From Octopus vulgaris (Eukaryota), in assembly GCA_951406725.2 (NCBI GenBank), contig OX597826.1:24242001-24306000 (forward strand): a DNA stretch of 64,000 bases, given 5' to 3'. Positions 12,289-29,262 of this stretch are shown here, one piece after another. The notes under the pieces are model-generated. The model had not been told where the DNA came from. It made no database searches and saw only the letters and a program-made list of their open reading frames with translations. Position 1 is the first letter of the stretch. Each line of letters starts with the position of its first letter. A program made the translations under genes and the position numbers.

Positions 12289-13249
12289 TTAAGGCAACAG
12301 ATGAAGACAAGTTGCCACAGGTGTGACACAGTGGGACTGAACCCATGATGGTATGGTTGCAAAATGAGGTTTGTGACTACACAGCTATGCCTGTGCTATC
12401 TTTTTATCTTTTACTGAAATGACTGAAACAAAGTCACTGGGTTTTGGCCATGCTGGGGCACCACTTTGAAGGATTTTTGTCAAATGAGCCATTCCCAGTC
12501 ATTATTTTATTTAAGCTTGGTACTTCTATCGGTCTTTCGCTGAACTGCTAAGGTACAGGGATGATAACAAACCAACACCAATTGTCAAGCGGTGATGGAG
12601 AGCAAAGACAATTCCTGGCAATGCATTGCGTACTTCAGTAAGACAGTTTCAGGTTGCTCCAGTTCACTCAACTGGCAAACATGAATCATACCTGTATTTC
12701 AAAGGGCCAGCCTTGTCACACTTAATCTCCCTGGGAACTACATTAAGGGTACACGTGTTTGTGGAATGTATGTGTGTGTATATATATATATATTTATGTG
12801 TGTGTGTGTATATATATATATATATTATTTATATTTATTTATACATATATATGACAGGCTTATATAATGTACTTACATGTATTAATATAGTGTGTGTGTG
12901 TGTTTATATGCATATTTATATGCATGTATATGTATACATTTATTGTTTATAGACTTTGTAATGATGTTGTAACTGGTCTCAAGAAACTATTGCTTTTCTT
13001 TATCATGTGTTTTTTTTGTTGTTTTTTGTGGGAGGGGGGAGGGTGCGAAATAAAGAAAGAAAAGGAGGGGGAAAAAAGCAAGAATGTTCAAGAAACATCT
13101 GATGTAGATAACGAGAATAGAGTTCGCATGACAGATGGTGCCTGTGGAGGGGGAGGTGGCGGTATGGTTTTTCGAAAGAATCCATTGTACTTTAGCTTGT
13201 TGAATGTTCTAGAAACTTATTACACACACACACATACCTATATATGTTA

Positions 13250-13295
<46 letters not shown>

Positions 13296-13307
13296 ACACA
13301 CCCACAC

Positions 13308-13354
<47 letters not shown>

Positions 13355-13654
13355 TGTTATATTTACACCAGTTGTAGTTGTTGTTTGCCACAATTAATAT
13401 TAAATGTCATTGCTGCCTTGTAGTGTCCTCTCTGAGGCACTGAACCAGTTCATAGCATTGAGAGTAAAAGTTAAGAGCTTGTGCGTGTGTGTGTACATAC
13501 ATATGCTCGTGTATGTATTCACATATATCTTGTGTGTATCATGTCTTAGGTTTTGTTTTTTTTTTAATATAAAACCTATTGAAATGCTGTTGTGTGTGTG
13601 TGTGCATTTTGAAATGTCATTCATCAATAACTACAATAGTATATACGCATACAT

Positions 13655-13705
<51 letters not shown>

Positions 13706-13722
13706 TATATATATATATGTAC

Positions 13723-13756
<34 letters not shown>

Positions 13757-15830
13757 GTACATAAATACACCTACTTTCACACACGTTGAATTCATGCATG
13801 TATGTGTATGCATTACTGTGCATATATATTTGTGTGTTGTAAATATATTGCCTTAATATATTGTCTGCAAAGGTGACCAATCTTTTCCTTATTGTATCAT
13901 CACAAATCATCTGTCTCAGCCGATGAGGAAAATATCTCAGTATTTGCACATACACACCCATTTCTCCACACACCTTCTTGTTAATAAATGTCATTCTGCT
14001 AACTCTCAGAGTTGAACTTCGGAACATTCCAGCCAACCACAAAGCGAGGAACCTTAGCCATACCAAAGATGAATTGAAATTCCATAGGAACAAATCTGTG
14101 CTGAAAGAAACAATTGGTCTTTTATTTTACAAACTCGCAGATTTGCCAGTAATGTAAAATTACCATTTTGGTGTTTAGGATTTACCATTCTGTTACCATT
14201 CTTATCGTTTCAACAGAAATCTGTTGAAATACACAGTTCTTGTTTCTATAAATTTTGAAAATAATGAAGGATCTAGCAAAATACATTATTTCAATGTGTC
14301 CTTCACTTCTTAAGATGATAGAATGTGGTTTCAAAGAGATTTGGCAACTGTTTTTAACTGGCTGAGTAACCATGTGGAGGTCTCCTCGTTAACTTGTGAT
14401 GAGGATAAAGATGGTGGTGGCATTGGTTTCAGAGTCATTGGCCCATTAGCATTCAAGTTACTCTGCCAAATATAATGCTTATTTATTCACATTATTCACA
14501 TTGCTTCATAGCTTACTTTTAGAATGGCATTGTAGGGTAGGAGTAAGAGGCTGGATGTGGCCAGTTTAAATGCTAGAGTTATAGTTGAGATATTATCTCC
14601 AGACAAATACCACATTTAATTTGACTTTCTGTGATGTGTTTACATTAATTATGATCCACAGATTGCTTTTTTAATCTAATGCTGCTTCTGTTGCATGTAA
14701 TGAATTTTTATTCAGCCAGATAGCTAATTGTGACATCAGTGATTTTTCAGTCCCTGTTTTCCTATAACAGCTGTGATAGATTTTGTCTTGGCATGCATTT
14801 TCTTGCAGGTAATGTGCATCTAGCATTCTTACTACCACTGCTGAATGGTTTTTATCTGCTACTGATCTATATTTGTGTATTTAAACACAGTATGTCCATA
14901 AGGTGAAGGCACAGAATTGTGAAATCGTGGGTTCAATTTCCAGACCGGCAGCACATTGTGTTCTTGAACAAAACACTTCATTCTACATTGCTCCTGTCCA
15001 CTCATCTACAAATAAGTAACTTTGCAATGGACTAGTCTTCCAATCAGGAGAAATATTGGCCTGCTCGCCTAGTCAACTAAAATGATGCAAAGTACATTAT
15101 AACCAGCAATGTATAACAACATCCAATAGTTAGATCGATCAAGATCGCATGATGTCCATGAGGACTATTATCTCTGGATTAATATCACAGTTAATTTGGC
15201 TTTCTGTGATCCATTTGCTCTAAGTATGACACAGATTACTATTTTCATTTTTTCATATAATACTGCTTCTGTTGCACATAACGAATATCTATGTAAGTCT
15301 GTGTATACATGTATGTGATAGAGTATACAGACAGCTAGATAAATGGATGGATAGATAGAGAGATAGAGAGATGGTTGGATAGATAGATAGTTAGATGGTT
15401 GGATGGACGGATAGACAGACAGATAGATGGACATGTAATATTTGTGCAATGCAATTACGCAGTAGCACTCTACATTATAAGCAAATAGTATATTTTTTTC
15501 AAAGCAAAAAAAAAAAATAAGACATTATGTATGTGTGAGTCTATAATGTCTCACTTTTCAAATTTACATCTGTATCTACTCCAGGGACCCTTTTTGGGTT
15601 GAACTCTTAGCAAATGTTTGCATTTTTCATTTTTGTAATCTATCGGTGATACACATAACGACAAAAATAAAATGACTAGAGAAATGGAAAGCGAGATAAA
15701 TTGTGTGTTTATGTAAGCATATACATATCTATCTATATATATACACACACATATATATACATATGTATATATGTATGCATACACACACAATATATATATA
15801 CATATTTATATATGTATGCATACACACACA

Positions 15831-15864
<34 letters not shown>

Positions 15865-15882
15865 GTATATGTATATATGCCA

Positions 15883-15951
<69 letters not shown>

Positions 15952-15955
<4 letters not shown>

Positions 15956-16369
15956 TCATCATCATCATCATTTAGCGTCCGTTTTCCATGCTAGCATGGG
16001 TTGGACGGTTCAACTGGGGTCTGGGGAGCCCGAAGGCTGCACCAGGCCAGTCAGATCTGGCAGTGTTTCTACAGCTGGATGCCCTTCCTAACGCCAACCA
16101 CTCCGAGAGTGTAGTGGGTGATTTTATGTGCCACCGACACAGGTGCCAGACGAGGCTGGCGAACGGCCACGCTCGGATGGTGTTTTTATGTGCCACCGAC
16201 ACAGGTGCCAGATGAGGCTGGCGGACGGCCACGATCGGATGGTGTTTGTTACGTCCCCAAAGCACGGAGGCCAGTCTATGCGGTACTGGCTACGGCCACG
16301 TTCGGATGATTTTCTTGTGTGCCACCGGCACTGGTACCACAAAGATACAAATTCCATTGATGTTCATCT
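15952..16369 (-). mobile_element. RTE LINE 3'-UTR fragment (copy 1 subfamily) with ~3.5 units of the 60-nt array
   Basis: Reverse complement of 1760-2027 with additional array units; (ATC)n tail; (TA)n on both sides. Confidence 0.9.
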
Positions 16370-18326
<1,957 letters not shown>

Positions 18327-18603
18327 GGGGCTGCGTGTTGTGTTCTTGAGCAAGGCACTTTATTTCACGTTGCTCCAGTTCACTCAGCTGTAGAAATGAG
18401 TTGCGACGTCACAGGTGCCAAGCTGTATCGGCCCTTGCCTTTCCCTTGGACAACATCGGTGACGTGGAGAGGGGAGGCCGGTATGCATGGGCGACTGCTG
18501 GTCTTCCATAAAACAACCTTGCCCAGACTTGTGCCTCAGAGGGTATCTCTCTAGGTGCAAACCCATGGTCAGTGCCTGACCGAAGGGGGTCTTTATCTTA
18601 TCT
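18327..18603 (+). mobile_element. SINE family 3 (GTGTTCTTGAGCAAGGCACTT core), 5'-truncated
   Basis: Matches the tRNA-headed copy at 28510-28850; duplicated at 21858-22135; minus-strand fragment at ~59925-60090. Confidence 0.8.
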
Positions 18604-18637
<34 letters not shown>

Positions 18638-18647
18638 TATGTATATG

Positions 18648-18678
<31 letters not shown>

Positions 18679-18761
18679 GTATATGTATATATATATATAT
18701 GTATGTATATATATATGTATGTATATATATATGTATATATATATATATATATATGTATATA

Positions 18762-19262
18762 CTAGCAGCATTGCCCGGGTATGTAAGAGCCCCTGGAGCA
18801 GACATGATGCTCGCTGTGAATTTTGAAAAATTCCTGCCAATTTGAGAAAGATATTGTCGAAAATATGTCATCTTGAATTTGAATGCGATTTCCCAAAATG
18901 GCATGATTTTATCGATTTTTTTCGAATGGTAAGGTATTGCATGGAAAACTAATGTCAGAATTAAGTTTCTTAGGGTAACACTAAGCTTCACCATGAGTTT
19001 GGTGAAAATCGATTGCAAGTTGCGAAAACTACAACAGAAAATGTGTTGCAAATAAAAAGCTTAGATTCTCGACCCCCATGTCGAATTTATCAATTTTTTT
19101 CAGAACTGGGGAACTTTTCAAAATTTTCGCTGCGTTAGTTTTGAAGTATGACATTGGGCTATGTGTGTGTCAAGTTTCATCAGAATCGGTTGAAAGCCGT
19201 GGTCAGGGTGAGGGTACAACCTGACAGACACACAGACAGACAAACTGCCGTTTATATAGAGA
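18762..19262 (-). mobile_element. non-autonomous Helitron
   Basis: Minus strand runs from 5' TC to 3' CTAG, inserted between A and T; (GACA)n near the 5' end; AAGTTTCATCAGAATCGG motif typical of animal non-autonomous Helitrons. Confidence 0.85.
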
Positions 19263-19276
19263 TATATACATGTATG

Positions 19277-19313
<37 letters not shown>

Positions 19314-19534
19314 GTATGTATGTATATGTATGTATGTATATGTATGTATGTATATATATATATGTATATATATATATGTATGTATGTATGTATATATATA
19401 TATGTATATATATATATATGTATGTATGTATATATATGTATGTATGTATGTATGTATATATATATATATATATGTATGTATATATATATATATGTATGTA
19501 TGTATATATATATATGTATGTATACATATGTATG

Positions 19535-19567
<33 letters not shown>

Positions 19568-19723
19568 GCATGTATGTATATATATATATATGTATATATG
19601 CATGTATGTATATATGTATATATATATATGTATGTATATATATATATATGTGTATGTATATATATATATATATATATATGTGTATATGTATATATATATA
19701 TATATATGTGTGTGTATATATAT

Positions 19724-19772
<49 letters not shown>

Positions 19773-19773
19773 C

Positions 19774-19838
<65 letters not shown>

Positions 19839-19910
19839 AACTTACTTGGAGAAGAGAAATAGAGAAATATCGCGTGCATTCGGTCATATAATAATATAAT
19901 AAATAAATAA

Positions 19911-20750
19911 TATATATGCATATATACATACATATATGTACATACTTACATCTACATGTATATATACATGCATATATATATATATATATATGAGGACAGG
20001 ACACCACAAATAAACGTAGAACTCAACGAGAAACGAAAACATAAAATCAAATAAGGAAACGGACTTTTTTTAACAAGGAAACAGACTTTTTTTAAACAAC
20101 GAAAAAACAGAGTACAGGACAAACAATACAAGGAAAATTCCCCTTCATCAGCTGCCCCTGGTTCGACTCAATGCGTGTTTCGAAGGTAAGCGCAGAATAC
20201 GGCCAGGCTGAAGCAGTCCTTCCTGCAAAAGGAATTAAGTAGAAATTCTTTTGCAGAGGGGTAAAACAAGTGACAAGAACAGGGCGTAAAAGCAATACAA
20301 ATGAAGAAAAAACAGTAGAAAAAACAGTACAAATAAAGTACTGTTTTTTTTTCATTTGTATTGCTTTTACGCCCTGTTCTTGTCACTTGTTTTACCCCTC
20401 TGCAAAAGAATTTTACTTAATTCCCTTTGCAGGAAGGACTGCTTCGGCCTGGCCGTGTTCTGCCCTTACCTTCGAAACACGCATTGAGTCGAACCAGGGG
20501 CAGCTGATGAAGGGGAATTTTCCTTGTATTGTTTGTCCTGTACTCTGTTTTTTCGTTGTTTAAAAAAAAGTCTGTTTCCTTGTTTTTTCGTTGTTAAAAA
20601 AAGTCCGTTTCCTTGTTTGATTTTATGTTTTCGTTTCTCGTTGTGCCTACGTTTATTTGTGGTGTCCTGTACTTATCATATATATATATATGCATGTATA
20701 TATACATGTAGATGTAAGTATGTACATATATGTATGTATATATGCATATA
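19911..20750. repeat. ~840-bp near-perfect palindrome (fold-back element)
   Basis: Arms invert about ~20330 (CAGTAC AAATAAA GTACTG); the same ORF appears on both strands. Confidence 0.95.
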
Positions 20751-20772
20751 TTTTATATATATATAAGTATGA

Positions 20773-20875
<103 letters not shown>

Positions 20876-20981
20876 TATATGTATATGTATATATATATAT
20901 GTATATATATGTATATATATATATGTATATATATATATATGTATATATATGTATATATATATATATGTATATATATATATG

Positions 20982-21189
<208 letters not shown>

Positions 21190-21194
21190 ATATA

Positions 21195-21225
<31 letters not shown>

Positions 21226-21416
21226 GTGTGTATATATATATATATGTGTATATATATATATATATGTGTATATATATATATATATGTGTATATATATATA
21301 TATGTGTATATATATGTATATATATGTGTATATATGTGTATATATATGTATATATATGTGTATATATATATATGTGTATATATATATATATATGTGTATA
21401 TATATATATGTGTGTG

Positions 21417-21449
<33 letters not shown>

Positions 21450-21492
21450 GTGTATATATATATATATATATGTGTATATATATATATATGTG

Positions 21493-21528
<36 letters not shown>

Positions 21529-21534
21529 TGTGTA

Positions 21535-21595
<61 letters not shown>

Positions 21596-21627
21596 ATATA
21601 TATGTATATATGTGTATATATATGTAT

Positions 21628-21663
<36 letters not shown>

Positions 21664-21783
21664 GTATATATATATATATATGTATATATGTGTATATTTA
21701 TATATATGTATATATATGTATATATATGTATATGTATATATATATGTGTATATATATATATGTATGTATATATATATGTATGT

Positions 21784-21846
<63 letters not shown>

Positions 21847-22134
21847 TATGTATATGTGGGGCTGCGTGTTGTGTTCTTGAGCAAGGCACTTTATTTCACG
21901 TTGCTCCAGTTCACTCAGCTGTAGAAATGAGTTGCGACGTCACAGGTGCCAAGCTGTATCGGCCCTTGCCTTTCCCTTGGACAACATCGGTGACGTGGAG
22001 AGGGGAGGCCGGTATGCATGGGCGACTGCTGGTCTTCCATAAAACAACCTTGCCCAGACTTGTGCCTCAGAGGGTATCTCTCTAGGTGCAAACCCATGGT
22101 CAGTGCCTGACCGAAGGGGGTCTTTATCTTATCT

Positions 22135-22168
<34 letters not shown>

Positions 22169-22178
22169 TATGTATATG

Positions 22179-22209
<31 letters not shown>

Positions 22210-22294
22210 GTATATGTATATATATATATATGTATGTATATATATATGTATGTATATATATATGTATATATATATATATATATATATGTATATA

Positions 22295-22797
22295 CTAGCA
22301 GCATTGCCCGGGTATGTAAGAGCCCCTGGAGCAGACATGATGCTCGCTGTGAATTTTGAAAAAATTCCTGCCAATTTGAGAAAGATATTGTCGAAAATAT
22401 GTCATCTTGAATTTGAATGCGATTTCCCAAAATGGCATGATTTTATCGATTTTTTTCGAATGGTAAGGTATTGCATGGAAAACTAATGTCAGAATTAAGT
22501 TTCTTAGGGTAACACTAAGCTTCACCATGAGTTTGGTGAAAATCGATTGCAAGTTGCGAAAACTACAACAGAAAATGTGTTGCAAATAAAAAGCTTAGAT
22601 TCTCGACCCCCATGTCGAATTTATCAATTTTTTTCAGAACTGGGGGAACTTTTCAAAATTTTCGCTGCGTTAGTTTTGAAGTATGACATTGGGCTATGTG
22701 TGTGTCAAGTTTCATCAGAATCGGTTGAAAGCCGTGGTCAGGGTGAGGGTACAACCTGACAGACACACAGACAGACAAACTGCCGTTTATATAGAGA
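22295..22797 (-). mobile_element. non-autonomous Helitron (duplicate copy)
   Basis: Same as 18762-19262 apart from two homopolymer indels. Confidence 0.85.
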
Positions 22798-22807
22798 TAT
22801 ATACATG

Positions 22808-22858
<51 letters not shown>

Positions 22859-23052
22859 GTATATATATGTATGTATGTATATGTATGTATGTATATGTAT
22901 GTATGTATATATATATATGTATATATATATATGTATGTATGTATGTATATATATATGTATATATATATATATGTATGTATGTATATATATGTATGTATGT
23001 ATGTATGTATATATATATATATATGTATGTATATATATATATGTATGTATGT

Positions 23053-23116
<64 letters not shown>

Positions 23117-23264
23117 GCATGTATGTATATATATATGTATATATGCATGTATGTATATATGTATATATATATATGTATGTATATATATATATATGTGTAT
23201 GTATATATATATATATATATATATGTGTATATGTATATATATATATGTGTGTGTGTATATATAT

Positions 23265-23317
<53 letters not shown>

Positions 23318-23320
23318 TAT

Positions 23321-23370
<50 letters not shown>

Positions 23371-23441
23371 ACTTACTTGGAGAAGAGAAATAGAGAAATA
23401 TCGCGTGCATTCGGTCATATAATAATATAATAAATAAATAA

Positions 23442-24278
23442 TATATATGCATATATACATACATATATGTACATACTTACATCTACATGTATATATACAT
23501 GCATATATATATATATATATATGAGGACAGGACACCACAAATAAACGTAGAACTCAACGAGAAACGAAAACATAAAATCAAATAAGGAAACGGACTTTTT
23601 TTAACAAGGAAACAGACTTTTTTTAAACAACGAAAAAACAGAGTACAGGACAAACAATACAAGGAAAATTCCCCTTCATCAGCTGCCCCTGGTTCGACTC
23701 AATGCGTGTTTCGAAGGTAAGCGCAGAATACGGCCAGGCTGAAGCAGTCCTTCCTGCAAAAGGAATTAAGTAGAAATTCTTTTGCAGAGGGGTAAAACAA
23801 GTGACAAGAACAGGGCGTAAAAGCAATACAAATGAAGAAAAAACAGTAGAAAAAACAGTACAAATAAAGTACTGTTTTTTTTTCATTTGTATTGCTTTTA
23901 CGCCCTGTTCTTGTCACTTGTTTTACCCCTCTGCAAAAGAATTTTACTTAATTCCCTTTGCAGGAAGGACTGCTTCGGCCTGGCCGTGTTCTGCCCTTAC
24001 CTTCGAAACACGCATTGAGTCGAACCAGGGGCAGCTGATGAAGGGGAATTTTCCTTGTATTGTTTGTCCTGTACTCTGTTTTTTCGTTGTTTAAAAAAAA
24101 GTCTGTTTCCTTGTTTTTTCGTTGTTAAAAAAAGTCCGTTTCCTTGTTTGATTTTATGTTTTCGTTTCTCGTTGTGCCTACGTTTATTTATGGTGTCCTG
24201 TACTCATATATATATATATGCATGTATATATACATGTAGATGTAAGTATGTACATATATGTATGTATATATGCATATA
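23442..24278. repeat. duplicate of the 840-bp palindrome
   Basis: Matches 19911-20750. Confidence 0.95.
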
Positions 24279-24300
24279 TTTTATATATATATAAGTATGA

Positions 24301-24359
<59 letters not shown>

Positions 24360-24459
24360 AGTATATACATATATATGTATATATGTATGTATACACACAC
24401 ACTATATATATATATATATATATATAAGTATATACATATATATGTATATACGTATGTAT

Positions 24460-24506
<47 letters not shown>

Positions 24507-24886
24507 ATATACACACATATGTATATATGTATGTATACACATACATATATATACACACATACATATAAAGAGACAGATTTGTCAAAGTCAATTGAGAATT
24601 TACCAACTGTTAACTATTATCTTTTGTGTCTTGATTTTGTACATTACAGTTTAATAGGCCTTTTCTTCAATGGTCTTTGGGTGATCTATTTCTACAATTT
24701 TTTTTTCCTTAACTTTGAACTGTGATCTTTTATTGTTAGTGAGTGAATGTACTTCTTCTCCATGCTGGAGTTAATAGATTTTGGGGACCCATACTACAAT
24801 AGTAAGGGTGAATTATTTAATGTATCTTGTATCTTGATATAAAATGTATTTGAGAATACACCTCACATTTTAAATGGTCTATATTT

Positions 24887-24918
<32 letters not shown>

Positions 24919-24943
24919 GATAGATAGATATGTGTGTGTGTGT

Positions 24944-25237
24944 GGAGAGGCGCAATGGCCCAGTGATTAGGGCAGCAGACTCGCAGTCATAGGATCGCGG
25001 TTTCGATTCCCAGACCGGGCGTTGTGTGTGTTAAAACACTTAAAGCTCCACAAGGCTCCAGCTGGGGGTGGTGGCGATCCCTGCTTTTCTCTTTCACCAC
25101 AACTTACTCTCACTCTTTCTTCTGTTGGCCTGCTCGCTTAGCCAGTAGGGTGGCAGCTTTTGAAGGCTAAAACAATGCGAAGCACATTGGACCAGTGATG
25201 TGTAGCAACATCTCATAGCCTGGTCGGTCACGGTGAT
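24944..25237 (+). mobile_element. tRNA-derived SINE (separate family)
   Basis: TGGCCCAGTGATTAGG A-box-like and GGTTTCGATTCCC B-box-like motifs; degraded relative at ~14905-15150. Confidence 0.7.
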
Positions 25238-27458
25238 ATATATATATATAAACACACTAGATACAGACACACACACAGCTGTGTTTGTAAGGCAAGTGCC
25301 TTCTATTATAGCTCAGCCCAACCAAAGCCTCATGAGTGTATTTGGTAGATGGAAACTGAAAGAAGCCTGTCAAACTGTCCAATCCATGCTGGCATGAAAC
25401 ATGAATGTTAAATGATGATGGTGATGTTAAAACTGACGTAATAACAATATGGAACAGGTATTTTAATCACCTAAAAACACAAACAAAGCAGTTAATTTCA
25501 GTTTTCATTTATTTCCTGAGGTGATGAGCTGGTAGCATCGTTGGCATCTAAGATAAATTTCTTAGCATCATTTCTTGCAGCCCTTTGCAATTTGAGCTTA
25601 AATTTCACCTGGGTTGACTTTATACCTTTCAGCATTTTGGGAGTTGATAAAATATGTATCCATCAGGTGCTGACTGATAATTGACCTATTCCTCCCCTCA
25701 GAATAGCTGGTCCTTGTTTCAAAATTAGAAAGAATTTCATGGGATGTAAAGGTTTTCAGTGCACCAGTATGAACTGGTCACTGATCTGGTTCTACTGGGA
25801 TTGTTGTGAAACTATGTCATCATTGGGTCAATGTTAGCCAAACATTTTGATGTTTTGAGAAATAAAGGAAACTGACATTAACAGTTTTGTGTATTTTAAG
25901 TAGCTAAAATAGCTTTTCCCTGAATGTAATACCACTGTAAATTTATACAAGAACCATTTTTGATAATGATCATTTCTTCTATAGCCACAATGTCTATAGG
26001 GAAAGAGAGTAAGTGAATTTCATTGACCCCAATGCTTAACTGGTATTTATTTCATCAACCCCAAAGTCAGTTGTGGCAGAATTTGAACTTGTAATGTAAG
26101 AATGGACCAAATGCAAGCTCACCGTAATGGTTTCAAGTTTTGGCACAAGGCCAGAAATTGTGAGGGAAGTGTGTTAGTTAATACCATCAATCTCATCGCA
26201 GGGCTAATATTTTCTGTTGGCCCCAAAAAGAATGGACAGCAAAGTTGGTTCCAGTGGGGTTTCAACTCAGAACATAGCCAGCTGGCACAAAGAATTTCAT
26301 CAGGCACTAATGATTCTGCTAACAATAATTATTCTTATTTCTAACATAGGCCAAAGCACAAAGCTTGAAATTTGAAATGAGGGGGTTAATCTCATGAGTG
26401 GTATTTAATTTCACCAATCCTGCCAGGATGAACGGTGAAGTTGAACTCAGAATGTAATGTGCTATGATAAATACTGCAATGCATTTTATCCAACACTAAT
26501 GGTTCTGCCCTGCTTTAGGCACAAGATCCTTTTTAAGTCATATAGATTCATTGGGCCAATTTCCTGATTTTTGTGGTGTATATATTCCTCCTGGATCGGA
26601 TACCAGTCTGTCACTGGACTACTCATTTTTACCAGCTGAGTGAACTGGAACAACATGAAAAATGAAGTGTTTTCCTCAAGAGCAATGCATCACCCGGTCC
26701 AGGAATCGAAACCACAATCTTACAATTATGAGTCTAACACCCTAGCCACAAACACTCTTACATATATACACACACTTAGATCGTGCCATTTTGGTTTTAT
26801 CCAGTCTAACATCTGTTAATCGTAATTAGTTTTATTTTTTTTAATCTGTTCAGATATTTTATCTATTTCAAAAATAATTTTCTGGATTTTTTTTTTTATA
26901 TGATTTTGATCATAAACTTTAATTTTTCTGGCTTATGATCAAGTCTCTTCCTTTCACTCTTTCAAGGGCCAGCAATTTTGATCAAGTCTCTTCCTTTCAC
27001 TCTTTCAAGGGCCAGCAATTTTGAGGAGAGAAAAATTAGTCAATGTCTTTGACCCAAATATTTGACAAGTGCTTTATTTTATCAAACCCAGAGGGATTAT
27101 AGGCAAAGTTTACCTCAGTGGGAATTGAACTCTGAACTTCGAACTGAAAGAGCTACTGAAAGGCATTTAGTTCACTACTTTAATGATTCAGCTACTTTGC
27201 CACCTTAATAATTGTTTCTGATTGAGACACAAACCCAGCAGTTTTATGGAGAAGGGGTTAGTTGATATCATTGACACTAGTACTAGGCTGGCACTTTATT
27301 TTATTGACCCCCAGAGTCAATATCAGTCAAGTACTGGGGTCAAAGTAATTAACTAACCCTCTCCTCTAAAACTGCTGGCATCATGCCAAACTTTTAAAAC
27401 ATTTTTATTATTATTACTATTCAATAGTCTTACTTTATTATTATTATTATTATTATCA

Positions 27459-27797
27459 TTTCCATCTTAGCGAAGGCAGAGGTATTGTTCTCAGTTGTGT
27501 TTGTTTGTTTGTCTTTGGACAAGATATTTCAAGAACTGGTGGATGGATTCGGATGAAACTCTCAGGGATGTTTAGCTTTTGGGATCAATCCAGTATCGGA
27601 CAAGGATTCTGGATTATTTTTCCTGCTTTTTTTTACTTAATTTCTGAGAGCGGTCCTGTTCATTTTTAGTATTCTCGTTTATGAGAGCAGTCAAGTTTAT
27701 TTCAGATATTCTCATTTTAAAAATCATCTCCAAGTAATTGTTGAAAGGATGTTGGTGTTGCCTTGGTGAAAGTTTGCACTCTCTGAGTGCTCTTGTT
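27459..27797 (+). mobile_element. Helentron-associated HINE (DINE-1-like)
   Basis: 5' ...GCGAAGGCAGAGGTATTGTTCTC, (GTTT)n, GGATGGATTCGGATGAAACT; 3' CCTTGGTGAAAGTTTGCACTCTCTGAGTGC hairpin; T-rich flanks. Confidence 0.7.
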
Positions 27798-28509
27798 ATT
27801 ATTATCATTGTTATCATTATTATTATTGTTATTATTATTATTATTATTATGGTGGCGAGTTGGCAGAGTCATTAGCACACTGAACAGAAATGCTTAGTGG
27901 CATTTCTTCTGGTTGTTTCCAGTCTGAGTTCAATTTCCATGGAGGTCAACTTTGCCTTTCATCCTCTCAAGATTGATGAAATAAGTACCAGTCAAGTACT
28001 GGGGTGGAAGTGGGTGGGGTTGGAGAGTCAATGTATGTCACTGACTTTCCACCCTCCCCTAAAATTGCCGATTTTCTGCCAAAAATTTGAAACCAACATC
28101 ATCATTATTATCAAGGGGCAGAAATGCTGGTGTCAGATTTATTGCTGTGCAGTATTTAGTTACATAGCATTATTTTTTGATTTCAAATCCTGCCAAAGTC
28201 AGCGGAGCTGGTGTCTATTAAACCATCTACACCCATCAGACTTAAATTCGTGGCCTTCTGCCAAAGTTAGAAATTATTTTATTAAGGATGATGATGATGA
28301 TATATGGTATAATCAAAACAAACTGTGATTTTTGCATTTTCTACATGTTTGTATGTCTATGCGTTGTTGTTGTATAGTCTTAGCTCAGTCCTTGTTGAGG
28401 AAAACTTAATTACCAGTCTATATATGAATGTATATATGTATGTATATATATATTCATTTAGTGTCTGCTTTCCATGCTGGCATGGGCTAGATGTGTGTGT
28501 GTGTGTATC

Positions 28510-28850
28510 TGGAGAAGACACATGGCTCATTGGTTAGAGTGTCTGGCTCACAATTATGAGGTAGCAAGTTCAATTCCTGGACCAGGCTGCGTGTTGTGTT
28601 CTTGAGCAAGACACTTTATTTCATGTTGCTCCAGTTCACTTAGCTGTAGAAATGAGTTGTGACATCACTGATACCAAGCTGCATTGGCCTATGCCTTTCC
28701 CTTGGATAACACCAGTAGCACGAAGAGGAGAGGCTGATATGCATGGGCAACTGTTGGTCTTCCATGAACAACCTTGCCAGGATATGTGCCTTGAAGGGTA
28801 ACTTTCTAGGTACAATCCCATAGGCATTCATGATCAAAGAGGGTCTTTCA
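28510..28850 (+). mobile_element. SINE family 3, full length
   Basis: TGGCTCATTGGTTAGAG...AGTTCAATTCC head followed by the body seen at 18327. Confidence 0.8.
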
Positions 28851-29211
28851 TATATATAAATATGTATGTGCACATGCATATACAGCAGGCTCCTTTTAAT
28901 TTTTGTGTACCAAGTCTGCTCACAAGGTATTGATCAGATCAGGGTTATGGTAGAAGAAACTTGCTCAAGGTGGCCTGCATTGGAACTGATCCTGAAGTCA
29001 TGTGATTGGGAAACAAATTTCTTAACTGTACATCAAAACACACATATATATGTATGTGCATATGTATGTCTGTGTGTGTATATATAACTGGACATGTGTA
29101 TATATGTATGTGGGTATGTGTGTGTGTGTGTATTTATATGTATATGTAATATAACTATGAGTATATAGATACATGTATAGATATATGGGTATATATATAA
29201 ATGGACATGTG

Positions 29212-29262
<51 letters not shown>

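Noticed and set aside
24944-25020. Functional tRNA genes at SINE heads (also 4375-4425, 7120, 28510, 46433)
   Set aside because: No complete cloverleaf; the sequence continues into repeat bodies.
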